Positions 11,798 through 24,461 of a stretch of 64,000 nt of DNA are shown one piece after another. The notes under the pieces are model-generated. The model was given only the letters and a program-made list of their open reading frames with translations. It made no database searches and was not told the origin of the DNA. This DNA comes from Isurus oxyrinchus. Its lineage: Eukaryota. A program made the position numbers and the translations under genes. Where the stretch lies: NCBI GenBank assembly GCA_026770705.1, contig JANJGN010000023.1:26660001-26724000 (forward strand), given 5' to 3'. Position 1 is the stretch's first letter. Every line of letters starts with the position of its first letter.

Positions 11798-14298
11798 TAA
11801 ATGGGGTGATGAGAATAAAACCATTGCAAGACCCCTGAATGTGAGTCCACAAGATAGGTGAGCAAAGCATTGGAAACAGCATCTGCACTTACCTTGTAAA
11901 ATAGGCGACAACTGGCAATCGGAGCAGAAAGCAGAGCTGCAGTTTAAAATTTTTTTAAAAACCCTGCAGAATTGCGATCATAGGGATCCTGCCAAAACTC
12001 AAAAAGAACATGAAACCCAGCAGAGAAAAGCTGACAGCTTAAAACGGCAATGCATTTAAAAGGGTAAATACATGAAAAATGGCTAAGGACCAGGAAATTA
12101 TAAGAGAACCCAGAGAGAGGACAACTCCATGGTAAGCCAAACACCTAAATTCGTCATTACCTGGAAAGCCTATTGGAAGTGAAGTCCCCTTGCAGTTGAT
12201 ACCGCAGTTCGGGCGTGAAAATCCATTCGACCCCATTTCAGATGACTGGTCTCAGTATGTCAAACACCAAGTGTGATTTTTTACCACTAACAACATTGTG
12301 GGGGAGGAAAAGAGGACGATTTTTTTCTCCTCATGCGGGAGCAAAATGTATCGGCTTATCCGCAGCCTTACGCCACCCAGTGCTCCAGATTCAAAGACTT
12401 CCGACAAGTTAATAAAAATTGTACAGAGCCATCTGAGACCAAAGCCCTCAGCTACTATGCAGCACATCAAGTTCAATTCAAGGAACAGGCTTCCAGTGGA
12501 AACAACAGCTGTCCATGGGCCCGTTTTAAAGGCATTAACTGAGCATTGCGAATTCAGAACTTCCATTAACGATATGTTGAGAGACCGGCTGATATGCAGG
12601 ACTGGAGATGATACTACCCAAAGGCGTTTGCTAGCCTAGTCTAGACTTTAATAAGGCATTAGAATTATCTACCGCAATGGAGAGTGCTGTTAGAAATTCT
12701 GAAATTATAAAAGATAAACAAAACGGCGCTGTCCATCTGGTCGAGTGGGACAATCCAGCAACAAAAGACACGAAAATTTCGGACTTCACGGAAATGCAGG
12801 AAATGCTTGCTAGCTCCAGACCACTGAAAAACAACTGTACTGCAGTGAAAACCCACAAAATGAATGAGAGAAATAGATCCAGGCCTCCAGTGAGTGAGCG
12901 ACAGCTCAAACAAGTCGAGTGCTTTTTCTGCCACTGCTATGGTCACATAATGAGGCACTGCAGAGAAAGGCTAAAGCAACACGATAAAGGCAGAAGGAAA
13001 ATTCATGAAATATGCCTCATGGAAGAGCTGGAAGAAATCGAATCGGACATCCATTCATTAGATTACCTCAAAGTGGGTAGAACCGAGCCAATCTAAACAG
13101 TCATTACAGTTAACGGACAACCCATTAAGCTGGAAGTAGATATGGGAGCGTCCATATCCGTCATTTGACAGACGCATTTAGATATCTGAGTAAAGGAACC
13201 CATCCTTTGAAATTAGAAGTTTCGGACACAAAGCTGAGAGCATACACGGGTGAAGAAATAAATTTAAAAAGAGTTATGTCAAGTCATGAGGAACGGTCTG
13301 CAAAATTACCCCTATTTGTAACCCCTTATTGTCAGGGAGGGGACTGAGTTTCTTCAGAAGGAACTGGCTGGGAGAGATAAATCTTGAGGGCCCGCAAAGT
13401 TCCCAATTCAAAGCCAGAAATTGCTGCTGTAAAAAAATGAGTATGCAAAGACCAATGGGTGAAGCCTGTAGAAGAGTTACAGTAGGACAGAGTTCAAGCT
13501 GAAGTCAACATCCTTTGAAAGGAAATGAAAAATCTATTAAAGGACTTTCGTGTGCTACAAAATTCAATCAACTCCCAATTTGTGCCACGAAAATGATATG
13601 AAAAAAAAAGGAAGAGTTAAGTCTGTCTCTGGCCAAGTTAATGAACAAATTAGCTGAGAGGGGGCGACAATATGTGATTCTCCAGGAAACTATAAATGAG
13701 AATAGGAAAGAATTGGAAGAGCTGAAGCAGCAGCTGTGTAAAAGCCCTGAAGTTTTAAAGCTAGAAGACCCTGAATTCTCAGAAGAACTGTTGGGAAACC
13801 CAACTACTGAGCTCATTCACAATCAGCTCACACCTGAGTCTAGTCCAGCCAACAGCAAAATTAAAGAGAAGACAGAGGTATGGGTCAGTGCTACCAAGAA
13901 AAGGACACACAGGAAGAAAAAGAGAAATTATTGATAATTCTCAGGAAAAAAAAATATTTTTTTTCTTTTCCTCTTTCTCCTCACACATCATGTAGCTCAT
14001 CGCTATATTGCTTTGTGTTTGTTGCCCTTTCATGTTGCCCTGTTACAGCTTGGAGGGGAGGGGCAGCAGGAATGAACGTGACTGCACTTGGCAGATGGTG
14101 AAATCATCCACTGAGGGACATAGTGGGCAACTGCCCCCTGAAAAAAGGGTCTTGGAAACATCAGCTGAGGTTGTTGGGCTACGATACTCAACGTGTCAAA
14201 GAAAGCCTCCTGAGACACTTTATCTGTAAATAGTTATTGTGTAAATAGTTAATGTGTTTTAAGCTTGTTATCTGTATTTTTAAGTAAAGGGGGAGGGA

Positions 14299-14589
14299 TG
14301 TGGTAAAGTGAGGTACCCTATTCCTTTAAGAGAATGCAAGTGTACTGATCATGTGACAGCACTGACACATCACTGTACAGCACGGGCAACTGGGAACTAT
14401 AAGTCTAGTTCTGGAGCTCCCTGAGTGAGCACGTATGATCTGGTGCTCTGCCCAATGTCTCAATAAACCATCACTGTTTATTCTTACATCAGTCTCTCCC
14501 TGTTATTGATTGCAAGTAGCAATTGAGGAGAACATAGGAAGGCATGCAGTTAGAGTTCAGTTGGCCAATGAACTCATTTACCCAAGACA
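14299..14589 (+). repeat. 3' LTR
   Basis: TG...CA, collinear with 11507-11797, preceded by AAAGGGGGAGGGA. Confidence 0.9.
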
Positions 14590-16087
14590 GCTTACCTGGA
14601 GATATAGACACAAGCAATTTGGCCTCTTTCTGTGCTGTATTGTTCTATGAATCTATGATATTGAAGAAACATATTGATCTATTAAGCTGGGTATTATGTT
14701 TACAGTGAGAACTAAAACACAAGAAAGAATTAAAATAACTGGTGTAATTCCTTATTTATCAAACATCACTGTAATAATATGTCATATGAGTAAGAAGTTT
14801 TGTTTCTGTAACAGGTATAAATTAAGGATCTTTTACCGGAGCTTCCCTGGCTACTTGAATAATGGTGCAATCCATCAGGGATGTGCTGGCTTTAAGTTAA
14901 CCCTTTTTCTGCTATCTCTCAAATGAGCTGTAATAAGAGATTTCATCACTCCACTCACTCAAAGCACATGACAAAATAAACAAACAAAGGTAACAATTCA
15001 AATACAAAGCGTACATGCCAAAGTTTGCTGTTCAGACTCACTTTTAAGAATGATCACTATGTTGACAGAGGGTGCAAGTATTCAGGTTTGAATAAGTATT
15101 TTCAGTAGTTAAAAAAAGGAGGAAAAGTATTATAATCAAAGGATTAAAGTGTACCAGTGTTGGTCTTACACTGTATCAATCTTGCTCATTTGTTTTGGTG
15201 ATCATCTGATACATTGTATATTATAAAAAGTGCTATTTTTCCATTTAATGCCATTGTCTGGATACACTACAAACTGAAGCCTGTACACTGGAAATGTCAC
15301 TTTCTTAAATGTAATCTAATGGGTCTGTTTGACACCAACTTAATTACTAATTACCAGAACACAGTCAGTATATCTGCTGTTTTTGCAGTTTTAAGCTCTT
15401 CTGTTTTATAAATAGCAACTATTTGTTTCTTTATAAATTAAATAATGCAAGCTACCTTACAAGATTGCAAGACAGATTGTGAAGAAGGCCATTCAACCCA
15501 TCATAGTTCATTTACCCAGAAATATCATACATTCCCTTTAAATATCTTTATCTGTTTTTACACTGTTCACAGAGAGTTTACGTTGCTCATATTTTCTTTC
15601 TATGTACAGTTTCTTATTTGATTCAGTATCACATTTCACCTGCCATTGATTTCTCCACTTACATGTTTTGTAAGTATGTTTTGCAGCTCTGAGGTACCTC
15701 TTCAGGTTCATCTACCCCTCCTAATATGGTGGCATCTACAAATCTGATCAATTTATATCTGAGGACAGATATAAGCTGATCCATCAGGCAGCAAGTCCCG
15801 TCCTCTCTCCTTCTGTCATGGCTACCCGTTTGCCTTCACTTTTTTGCTGTGTACCACTCAGTGGACTCTCCTCTCCCTCAGTCTCAAAAGCCCCCTGGGA
15901 TGGATGTGACTGTGCTTCCTGAAACAACCAGAGAAAAAAGGAGAACAGGAGAGGTCACAATGCTATATTTATGTGAACACAGCAGGTCTATTTTCAGCAG
16001 AATTAGTCACACAGTATTGTGCTTCAGTGTATGCTTTGATGGCAGACGGTCATAGAGTGGACAGAGTGAAAAGAAATAAGCAAAACA

Positions 16088-16420
16088 AATTTGCACTTAT
16101 ATAACACATTTCACAATTTTAGGATTTCCAAATGTGTTTCACAGTCATTGGGGTTCCTTTGAAATGTCAAATCAATTGTAATTAGGACCACAGTAATGAA
16201 ATAAATAATCTGTTGACTGAGGAATAAGTATTAGCCAGGGCACTCCCTGCTGTTTTTCAAATATAGGTTTTTTTTATTGAGAGCATAGTCAAGACTGCAG
16301 TTTAGTGCTTCAGCCAAAAGACTGCATCTCCAACGAAGTAGCATTCCCTCACTGAAAGGGCAGGAGGAGACTGATGCTAACTCTGAATTGAGACAAAGCC
16401 TCCTGATTCCAATCCTGTTA
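16088..16420 (-). mobile_element. DeuSINE/SacSINE-like relic
   Basis: Collinear, diverged similarity to 62470-63280 (TTGCACTTATATAACACATTTCAC...GACTGAGGAATAAGTATTAGCCAGG...CAGTTTAGTGCTTCAGCCAAAAGAC). Confidence 0.55.
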
Positions 16421-19400
16421 CTTCAATTGTCTTTCAGCTGAGAATCTGCAGGGTGGTCTCATAAGGAGTAAGATGGCACAGAATAGTTTGAGTATCATGC
16501 TCCTATCTGAGTCCTCTTGCTTTTGTCATGTCAACCGTCATCACAAACATGAGTGGAAGAGGTGACAAATTCAGGTTATCAGGAAGATGTACAGGGATGT
16601 CCATGCATCACTGTGTAGCCCACAGTCGATGTGATACAATCATCATGCATCTGCACTAGGTGGAAGAATGTTTGGATACAAAAGATTAAAGATGTGTGTG
16701 ATGGAACACTTATAAGGGTATGATGCTGTTCCAAAGTCTATTCTGCTGTATAATTGGCATTTGTGGTAAGCATTCAAAGCATAGGAAGACACTGTGAGGG
16801 GGGAGGCTGAATATTCTGTATATGCTTATTATACTGTATAAATATAAATTGATGGAATAAGCATGTCTTGCCTGACTTGGTGAGGCCAATACATGTTTGT
16901 GGCCTTGCTTCATGGTGTGTTAAAAGTTGAAGTGAGCGTTAAAAGTGATGGTCTCATTCTCCCATATATTCAGCTCATCTGTGCATCCAATGATGGTTGG
17001 TCCTGAAGAGGAGCCCCCTCTCTGGTATACTTCCAGTAATATTTTGATGGTCCTATTACTCAAACAGATTATTCTGTCTGGTGTATTACTATGCGTGGAC
17101 ATCTTATAGATGCCCAGAATTAAACAATTGGGAAAGGGATACATTTTTCCTGCCAAATTATTGTAGCTCTTATTACGAGGATGAGCTTGTTAATGATACA
17201 ATTTCTGATTTTTCTTTCTCTGGCTGTATTTTTAAAAAACATTGGGACACTCTCTGCAGACAATGGAAAATTGTCCAGGTGGTGGCAGTCCATACAATCT
17301 TGCATTCCACCAAACTGGATGGAAAAAAACAGACCTGTAGAGTGTGAAAGACACCATCCCTGTTGGCTTCACACCATCCTGAGACTTTTCAGATGGTTCT
17401 GAGAGGAGACAACAAAATACAATTACCTGTTCTGAAACAATAACTGCAGCAGACATGGACAAATAGAATTTCTCTGGGATATACAGCCAGCAAGGTACTT
17501 TTAAGGATCCCTTACCAAGCAGGAGAGAGAGAATAAAAGACAATGTTGTACTAAACAAAGACTATTGAAGCTTTGTGCCCTCTCTGCCTCTTTCTCAGGA
17601 CCGGTTTTACAAAGTAACCACCCTGGGAAGAAAAATCTACTGTAAACCAAGACCTTTTGGAGTAAAATGTGGAAATCTGCTCCAACTACACCCAGGAAAA
17701 CTGAACAAAATGGCCACAACATCGAATCATCATGTCAAGACCAGCCCAAGGAACAGCTAACCATATATTTCTCTGTTATATTTTTCATGAACTGTAAACA
17801 TCCTACAAGCCTATCCTCTTACTGCATTAATTGAGCTTGCTGATCTACATGTCTGAATTCCCGAGATATTCTCATGCAAAACTCTGTACCTAAATCATAA
17901 AATTGTCTCTGCTATGTATAATCCATACTCATATACAGTGCTTAATGTTTAATCATAAATTTTCTATACTTTGATTAAATAATTACTTATTAAAGGTTAA
18001 TAAGAAATACCCACATTACATGGATAACTATAAAGATACGTAGTTTCTTAATAGTTGTGTTCCACCTAATTTTCCAGCCTGGCATCTGATTAACGGTTGA
18101 AGTGGATTTCATCCTTGAATGCAGTGCCAACCCTCCTAGGAAGGCAAGATTCTCATTGAATTTCTTTCCCCGGATGATTCTGGTCATTGCTTGACTCAAT
18201 TTTATTTTGAATGAACCCTAGTTGTGACAATTCACAAATGAATGAAGACCAGAATGGCTGTGATACGATGAAGGAAATATTGCACACGCTGGAAAACACA
18301 TCAGGTGCAGTATCATAAATCCAACTTTTCCGAGGCAGTTAGTTCTCTGGATCTCTACAGAACATAAAGCTCACACATGATGCACTATACAGCTGCTTCT
18401 AGAGATATTATACAGTGGCAGCTATCTTAATATCTCTGTGCTGACTTTTAAATATATAAATATCTAATCCTTCCTCCATGGCCTATGGCTAAAGGAACCT
18501 CCTTTCCTCACTAATTAGTTCAGAGCAAAAAGTCTCAGGTATTATTTGTGGTCTGCGAGAATGGATTCTACTCACTCTGGCACATTTCATAGTCAAATAG
18601 CTTTCTTTTACAGTGGTGTCTCAAACATAAAAGGTAGCCACTTGGCTGAGGTACCACAAGCATGGTGTATCCAGTGCAGGTCAGTCAAATAGGATGGGAA
18701 AAGAATGAAATTGAGAATGTTCCCATGCAATCCACAAGTGATATAAGACTATCTGCAGCATGTGGCTTCACACCACTTTCTAAAATGCAGTGTGGGTGAT
18801 TTCACACCCAAATTATACTACATAGTAAACACTGATGGGAAAATGGAACTGCTTCATGTTCATTTAGCCTGTATACTACAACTGGCCATAAAAGATTTGG
18901 AAAATTAATTGAATGGTAACATGGAATAAACAGCAATATACTTGGGCCAAAGTAACAAGTAAAGTAAACCCAACTCTCCTGTAGAAGACAGGAAAAAAAT
19001 GAAGAGAGACCAGAAATTGAGGGAAACAGAAAGTGAATTAAGCGACATTTCCCCATTAACTATCGCTATTTCCATTTTCATAAAAGAAAACAGATCTGTT
19101 TGTCATTGTTTATTTTAGAAAGCACATATGCAACACTGCAAACTGGTTCTTGTCAAGATGGCTGAATGGAAATAAAAGATGACAAGTTGGGCACACTGTT
19201 CTTCGCAAAGTTCATCAGTTATATACGAACCCTTTATTTACCCTTTATTTATTTACAAACCAAGGATCGTTCCATGGATTTCCTCTAGTATTCCTTAGAG
19301 GCAGAACAATCTCATGTTTTCCTTTTTGAAATTAAGTGTAAAGTATTCAGGGGAGTTGTTGGGATACTTATTAATTATTTATTAACAATATTTATTAACC

Positions 19401-19665
19401 AGCTGTACCGTCAGGAAGTCCGGAGGAGATAAATCTATGAAACATATATTTGTAAGGCAGAATTTGACTTTGACTAAATATGATATTACTGAAAGGGCAA
19501 AATGAGAGTAGTAAAATGTCTTCATGAAATTTTTAATTTATACCCTTACTGTGAAATCCTGGTGAAAATGTAGTTAGCAATAGCTAATGTGAATCTTTAT
19601 GTCGTGTCATTTTCATTTACCAGGTTTACTAAACCTATACATCATTTAAAACTTTCCACAGCCAG

Positions 19666-20389
19666 GGGGTAAGGTTCTGTTTTTGGTGCAATCGGGAAAT
19701 TGGGTGCAAATTGCGGTTGAAATTGTGCTAGTTAAGCTATAGTTCAAGTTTCCACTAAAATGCATTTGTTTAATCACAAATGTAAAATATTCCATGAACC
19801 ACCACAATCTCTCAGTGAGATTGAACATAATTGGTTTTCTTTGCATTCAAAAAATTCCATGGTGTATTTAGCGCTGGTAATGTGGTGCAGTTTTTCAAAT
19901 GCCACTGAAAATGAGTTTATCAAAAGAATAAGCACATTTATAAGAGTGTCTAGTTCTCTATCTGAGAATAATCTGACTTTGAATCATTGAAAATGACTTG
20001 AAAAAAATTCTATGCAGAACTATTTACTAGATTCATCGGAGGAACAAGTCAGATTCTCAGGAACTTAATTATTTTTCTTACAGAAATGCCTGCTAGTGTC
20101 AGTGTGTTGAAGAAAACATGTTCAATTTGAAAACCCTCAAACAGTTGCAAATATGCGGAATCTGCGAAAATGCAGCATGTTCATAATTTCAGCCTGGAGA
20201 TGCGGTCACTTTTGTGGCTGGGGACATCGGCTGGGCAAAATTGTTTTTAAACCAGCATTAAAGATAGTGGAGACTTGATTTACACTTGACGTAAATTAAG
20301 TTAAAATTCCCCGATCATTTGCACCGGTTTGGCTAATTTGGCATGGATTGTGCTAATAAAACTAACACAAACTAAGGGACACTCTACCC
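19666..20389. mobile_element. Old TIR element/MITE relic
   Basis: Ends GGGGTAAGG / CTCTACCCC with loose subterminal inverted similarity (GGTGCAAAT / ATTTGCACC; AAGTTTCCACT / AGTGGAGACTT). Confidence 0.4.
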
Positions 20390-23304
20390 TACTATCTTAT
20401 TTACATATCTGTGATTTCAGCCTATTTTGGCTTTAATGACATTAAAGAAATTCAATTAACTTAAGGAACGTATTTTGTCAAAGTATTCCTTACTCTAGCA
20501 TTATGACTGAAACTCATTGTGGATATTAAATTAAAGAATACATTCATGTCTTTGAAAAGTTGGTGAGGGTAAAGGGTTGCAGGTGAAGTTTGTGTTCTAC
20601 AGATGGCTGGAGGACAACAACAAAAGATACAAATTCCTTTGGAATTCCTCTATAGAGCTGTTCAAATATTGAAAAAGGAAAAAGTTAAAAATGGAGCTGA
20701 TTTATTTCACTCCTGATTAAGTTGTGTGTGGGGTATAAGCAGAAACTCATGGGTTATGGATATTGTCCAATTCACAATTAAGATCTGATGCGGCTCTTAG
20801 CTCATTCATCATGCCAGGTTACTCACAGACCATCATAAACATCTGATGAGCCTTCATATACCCTGTATTCAAACATATGGATTTAACCAGTGCTGCAAAT
20901 CATGCAGAATCCAAACGTATCTTACTTCATAAAGCATTATCACAACCCCAGAGTCAAAACATTTTAATTTGTGAATGAAATGTGTGTTTAACTAATACAT
21001 TCTTCTACAACAAATATAGTTGCATAATGAATATTAGCTGTCTGGTTTATCATCAAGTTGGTCAACAGCATAATTCACAACAGCACTAAAAAGCAAAAAT
21101 TCAATTTGCACCTGTAGCCAAACAAATGTATTGAACGTACCAGCTCTAAGTGTCTGTGTTTGTAGTGTCAGACTCAATTTTCCAGTGAAACAATACAGAC
21201 ATGTGCAAGGGAAATGAGCATATGGGAACCTGGCTGTCTAACAAACACAGTTCTGTTTTGTAGCGAGAGAGAGGCCTGAAGATGAGTAATCTCAGGAAAC
21301 AGGCTGTGTGGGTCTCAGATTACAAGCAATCTGCCGGCAATCAGAAATTACAAAGTAAATAGGGAACGGCAGAGGCTGCCCAGCTATGCTCAGTGTGGGG
21401 ATCCCCCTCTGAAGTGAAATTGGTAACAGAGCAATTTTATAATCTAACCAAATTGAAAACAAAAGAATATCTGATAAATTGAAAAAAATGTTGACATTTC
21501 AAGGTCAAAAAGGAAAAGATATATAATCGAAGTAGGTTATGTAACCCAGGAACATGTAGGTTTAAAGAGTACCTTACTTTGAGCCAACTAATTGTTGCAG
21601 ACCTTACCTCTGGACACAATATATATTTGCTGTTAGTATACCTACGAATAGTAGGTGTCATGTGTAAAGCACAACTGTAAGATTAGAATTATACTCTGAG
21701 CTACTCCTGCCTCTGACTTGCATTTTGAGTTCGAGGAGAGGGTTCATATTAATGTGCGATCTTTTGAACTAGAAGAGAACAGGGAAACATATTCATATTT
21801 TCATAATATTAAAAAGACTAATTATTAAGTTTATGAAGTGCCGGTGTACTTGCTAAATCCAGTTTCACAGCAGACTGGAGTTCTAATGCATTTAGAGCCA
21901 ATCCAAAACAGTGAGGGGTATCTCATGTTGCTTCGATTAAGTGCACTTGAGAATAAAACTTGGACCTGATTCCTGAGGTATATGCTGCCACTTTTAAGGT
22001 GATGTACATCCCAAACCAATTTAAACTGATACAAATTGCAGCCTTTGTTGGCCCATTTCACATTTCATTTTTTGCTGCTGTTTTTATTTTATGTTCAGTC
22101 TAATCTTACTAGGAAAGGCATTCTGTGATTGAGGCCATGCAAGAGAAATATTATTGAGAATTTAGAGAAAAGCTGATGATGTTTCTGTTGTCGTGCAAAA
22201 TTTCTAATTTTAAAGTGAAAATTCCACACAGAAAATACTCTTCTGTCTTAAAGTGTAGCTTTTGCTCTTGTAAAGATTGCAAGTGGGAATAATTCTCAGC
22301 AAAATAACTGATAAAAATAACTATCAGACAAATTTAGCACACCAAGTACTTCATAGCATAAAGAGATATTCTATATTATTATACCAGTTCAAACAAAGGA
22401 CTAACAATTGAGGCTTAATGGGTTTACATTATGGATTTGATTTTCCAGACAGGTTTCTCATAAGAAACAGTGAACTTTATTTATAGGGCTTCAGCAGCAG
22501 TTACGTGCTTTCATCAAGACCCACAACCAGACATAAACTCCACCCTAAGGTTCCCTGCGCTTAGGATTGATTTGTTCACACTGTCACTTGATACTACACA
22601 GTATAATAAGTCTTAAAGCTACAGTCACTACATTCCTTAAAGCTACAGTTACTACAGGTTATTTGAATGAAAGATAAATCTAATAGTTCTTATAAATCAA
22701 AACAGCCATTTAGCATTGTGGTTGTAAAGTCCTACTCACCGAAGAGCAATTGACAGCCCAATGAATTTTACTCACTGTACATATAATTTAGATACAAGCT
22801 AATTCCTGATCCAGTATAAAGTCCATCTATATTGTTGTCATTTTCAATTGGAACTCTTCAAATCCTGTTGTGCTTGTTCATAGTTGACAGCATAGGCTGA
22901 ATTTGTCTACATTTATTGTCATTGGTGGTGAGCATATGAACATATAAAAATTGATGGAGGGGAAAAAGAGGTCATAAAATTTCCTGCAAGAGGAGATAAA
23001 GCAAATAATAACCCAGGCCAATTAAGGGGAAAAAATATGGAAAATTCTTCTTCAACTCCCTTAGGCATTGAAAACTAGTCTAAAGAGATCATTCTGGTCC
23101 TGATTAACGTTACCTCCCAACAAGAATGGGTCCAGGCCTCACTTCAAGGAACTCAGTGAATCAGAGATCACTCCATGAACTGGAAGCCTGTTCCTCAGGT
23201 CCATTAATCTCTGTGAAAAAAATTATCTCTTGAAATCTCACCTAGTTCTGCCTTTACATATTTTGACATTGTGACCCCTGGTTCTCTCTAACCTACTAAG
23301 TAAG

Positions 23305-23640
23305 TGGTCAAATGTTGCAGTGTGTACCATCTACAATGTGCACTGCAGGGACTCGCCAAGCCTCTTCCAGGCCTCTTCACCAACAGCAGCTTCCAAAGCT
23401 GTGACCTCTACCATCTAGAAGAACAAGGGCAGCAGACCATCACCTGCAAGTTCCCCTCCAAGTCACACATCTCTCTGACTTGGAAATATATCATCGTTCC
23501 TTCACAGTTGCTGGGTCAAAATTTAGATATCGACACCGCATGGACTTTAGCAGTTCAAGAAGGCAGCTCACCATTACCTTCTCAAGGGAAGGGCAACAAA
23601 TGCTGACCTTATTGGTGATGTTCACATCCTATAAATAACT
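23305..23640 (+). mobile_element. LINE (CR1/L2-group) 3' end
   Basis: Reverse-complement homolog of 31717-32045 (CCATCTAGAAGAACAAGGGCAGCAG...AAGTTCCCCTCCAAGTCAC...CAGTTCAAGAAGGCAGCTCACC). Confidence 0.7.
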
Positions 23641-23687
23641 TTAAAAATGTACAATTTTAAAGGTAGTGCAGGAACAGAGAACTGGGT

Positions 23688-23959
23688 TGCGGTGTTATTA
23701 TAATGATATGGTACTTGCACTTATTAACTGTACAAGACACAAGGCACCAGTAGCTCATAAAGGATTTGGTAAACATGTTGTGGGTTCATTTATTAAGACT
23801 AGGCACATAAGAATAATTATACATAAGTATAAAGCTTGAAGATATTAGAGCTGTGTGTGTGCTCTGCTTAAAGCAGAAGTGAAACTAAGATTGGATTACA
23901 TGACACATTTCCTTTCTAGTAATATCCTGCTGATATACATTAAAAGACATATTACAACA
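23688..23959 (-). repeat. 3' LTR
   Basis: Collinear with 28951-29220; adjacent pyrimidine tract is the minus-strand PPT. Confidence 0.88.
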
Positions 23960-24070
23960 TCCCCCTTTCTTTTCAAAGATGCTTTCCCCCTTCCAAAGAA
24001 GTATAGCTATTTACAACACATGTTCATATTTAGTTACCATAACATAATTGCATAGGATTGATAAATCTAT

Positions 24071-24461
24071 GGGTAAAATGTTTAGCTCAGTGGGCACGCG
24101 TGTGCCCAAACTGACCGAGCAGGATGAGGTCTCCAAAAGCAAATTAAAATCAAATAAAAACTTTATTTTTTTCATGATAACATGTCCCTGCTCGTGTGAC
24201 AGAGTCACCTGAGGGGACATATTTCATAACATTTATAAAATCTTTAATATTTTTAAAAAATCAGTTCATCTTCCTGAGGCAGCTCTCTCGCCCGGCTCGC
24301 CCTCCTCCCCCTGCCCACACAGGCAGCACACGGCACTACTGCTCGCATTTGATGCTGGGCGGGCCTTGATTGGCCTGCCAGCGTGAAATTGCCTTCCAGG
24401 CCTGGCAGTCGGCTTCCCAGGTGCCCCGCCGAGCCCGCATGTCAAGGGTAAAATTCTGCCC
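24071..24461. mobile_element. Harbinger-type MITE (internally deleted) inside the Gypsy 3' region
   Basis: Right end AAAATTCTGCCC; hairpin ACATGTCCC..GTGAC-AGA-GTCAC..GGGACAT shared with 831-1445; flanks TAT/CAT. Confidence 0.75.

Larger units (their letters stand above)
11507..14589 (+). mobile_element. Non-autonomous Gypsy LTR element (gag + protease, no RT/RNaseH/integrase core), 3083 bp
   Basis: Paired 291-bp LTRs at 11507-11797 and 14299-14589; PPT 14286-14298; gag (RTIFFSSCG, FNSRNR, MLRDRLIC, QRRLLA); knuckle CFFCHCYGHIMRHC; protease LEVDMGAS (~13130). Confidence 0.9.

Noticed and set aside
13641-13934. env-like third ORF in the LTR element
   Set aside because: No signal peptide, furin/fusion motif context or transmembrane helix; charged coiled-coil only.
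17575-17760. piggyBac-like motif GRKIYCKPRPFGVK
   Set aside because: Spacing differs from the piggyBac GR-x7-KP-x2-G-x-K pattern; no upstream DE motif, TTAA TSD or TIRs seen.
21264-21355. Plus-strand exon candidate (TTTTGTAG...AAA|GTAAAT)
   Set aside because: Open frame RERGLKMSNLRKQAVWVSDYK has no recognisable homology and the donor is weak.
22612-22656. Short tandem duplication CTTAAAGCTACAGTYACTACA x2
   Set aside because: Ordinary slippage duplication with no further structure.
22736-22870. Minus-strand exon candidate ending in GGTGAG donor
   Set aside because: Frames contain stops, acceptor is weak and the peptide is unrecognisable.
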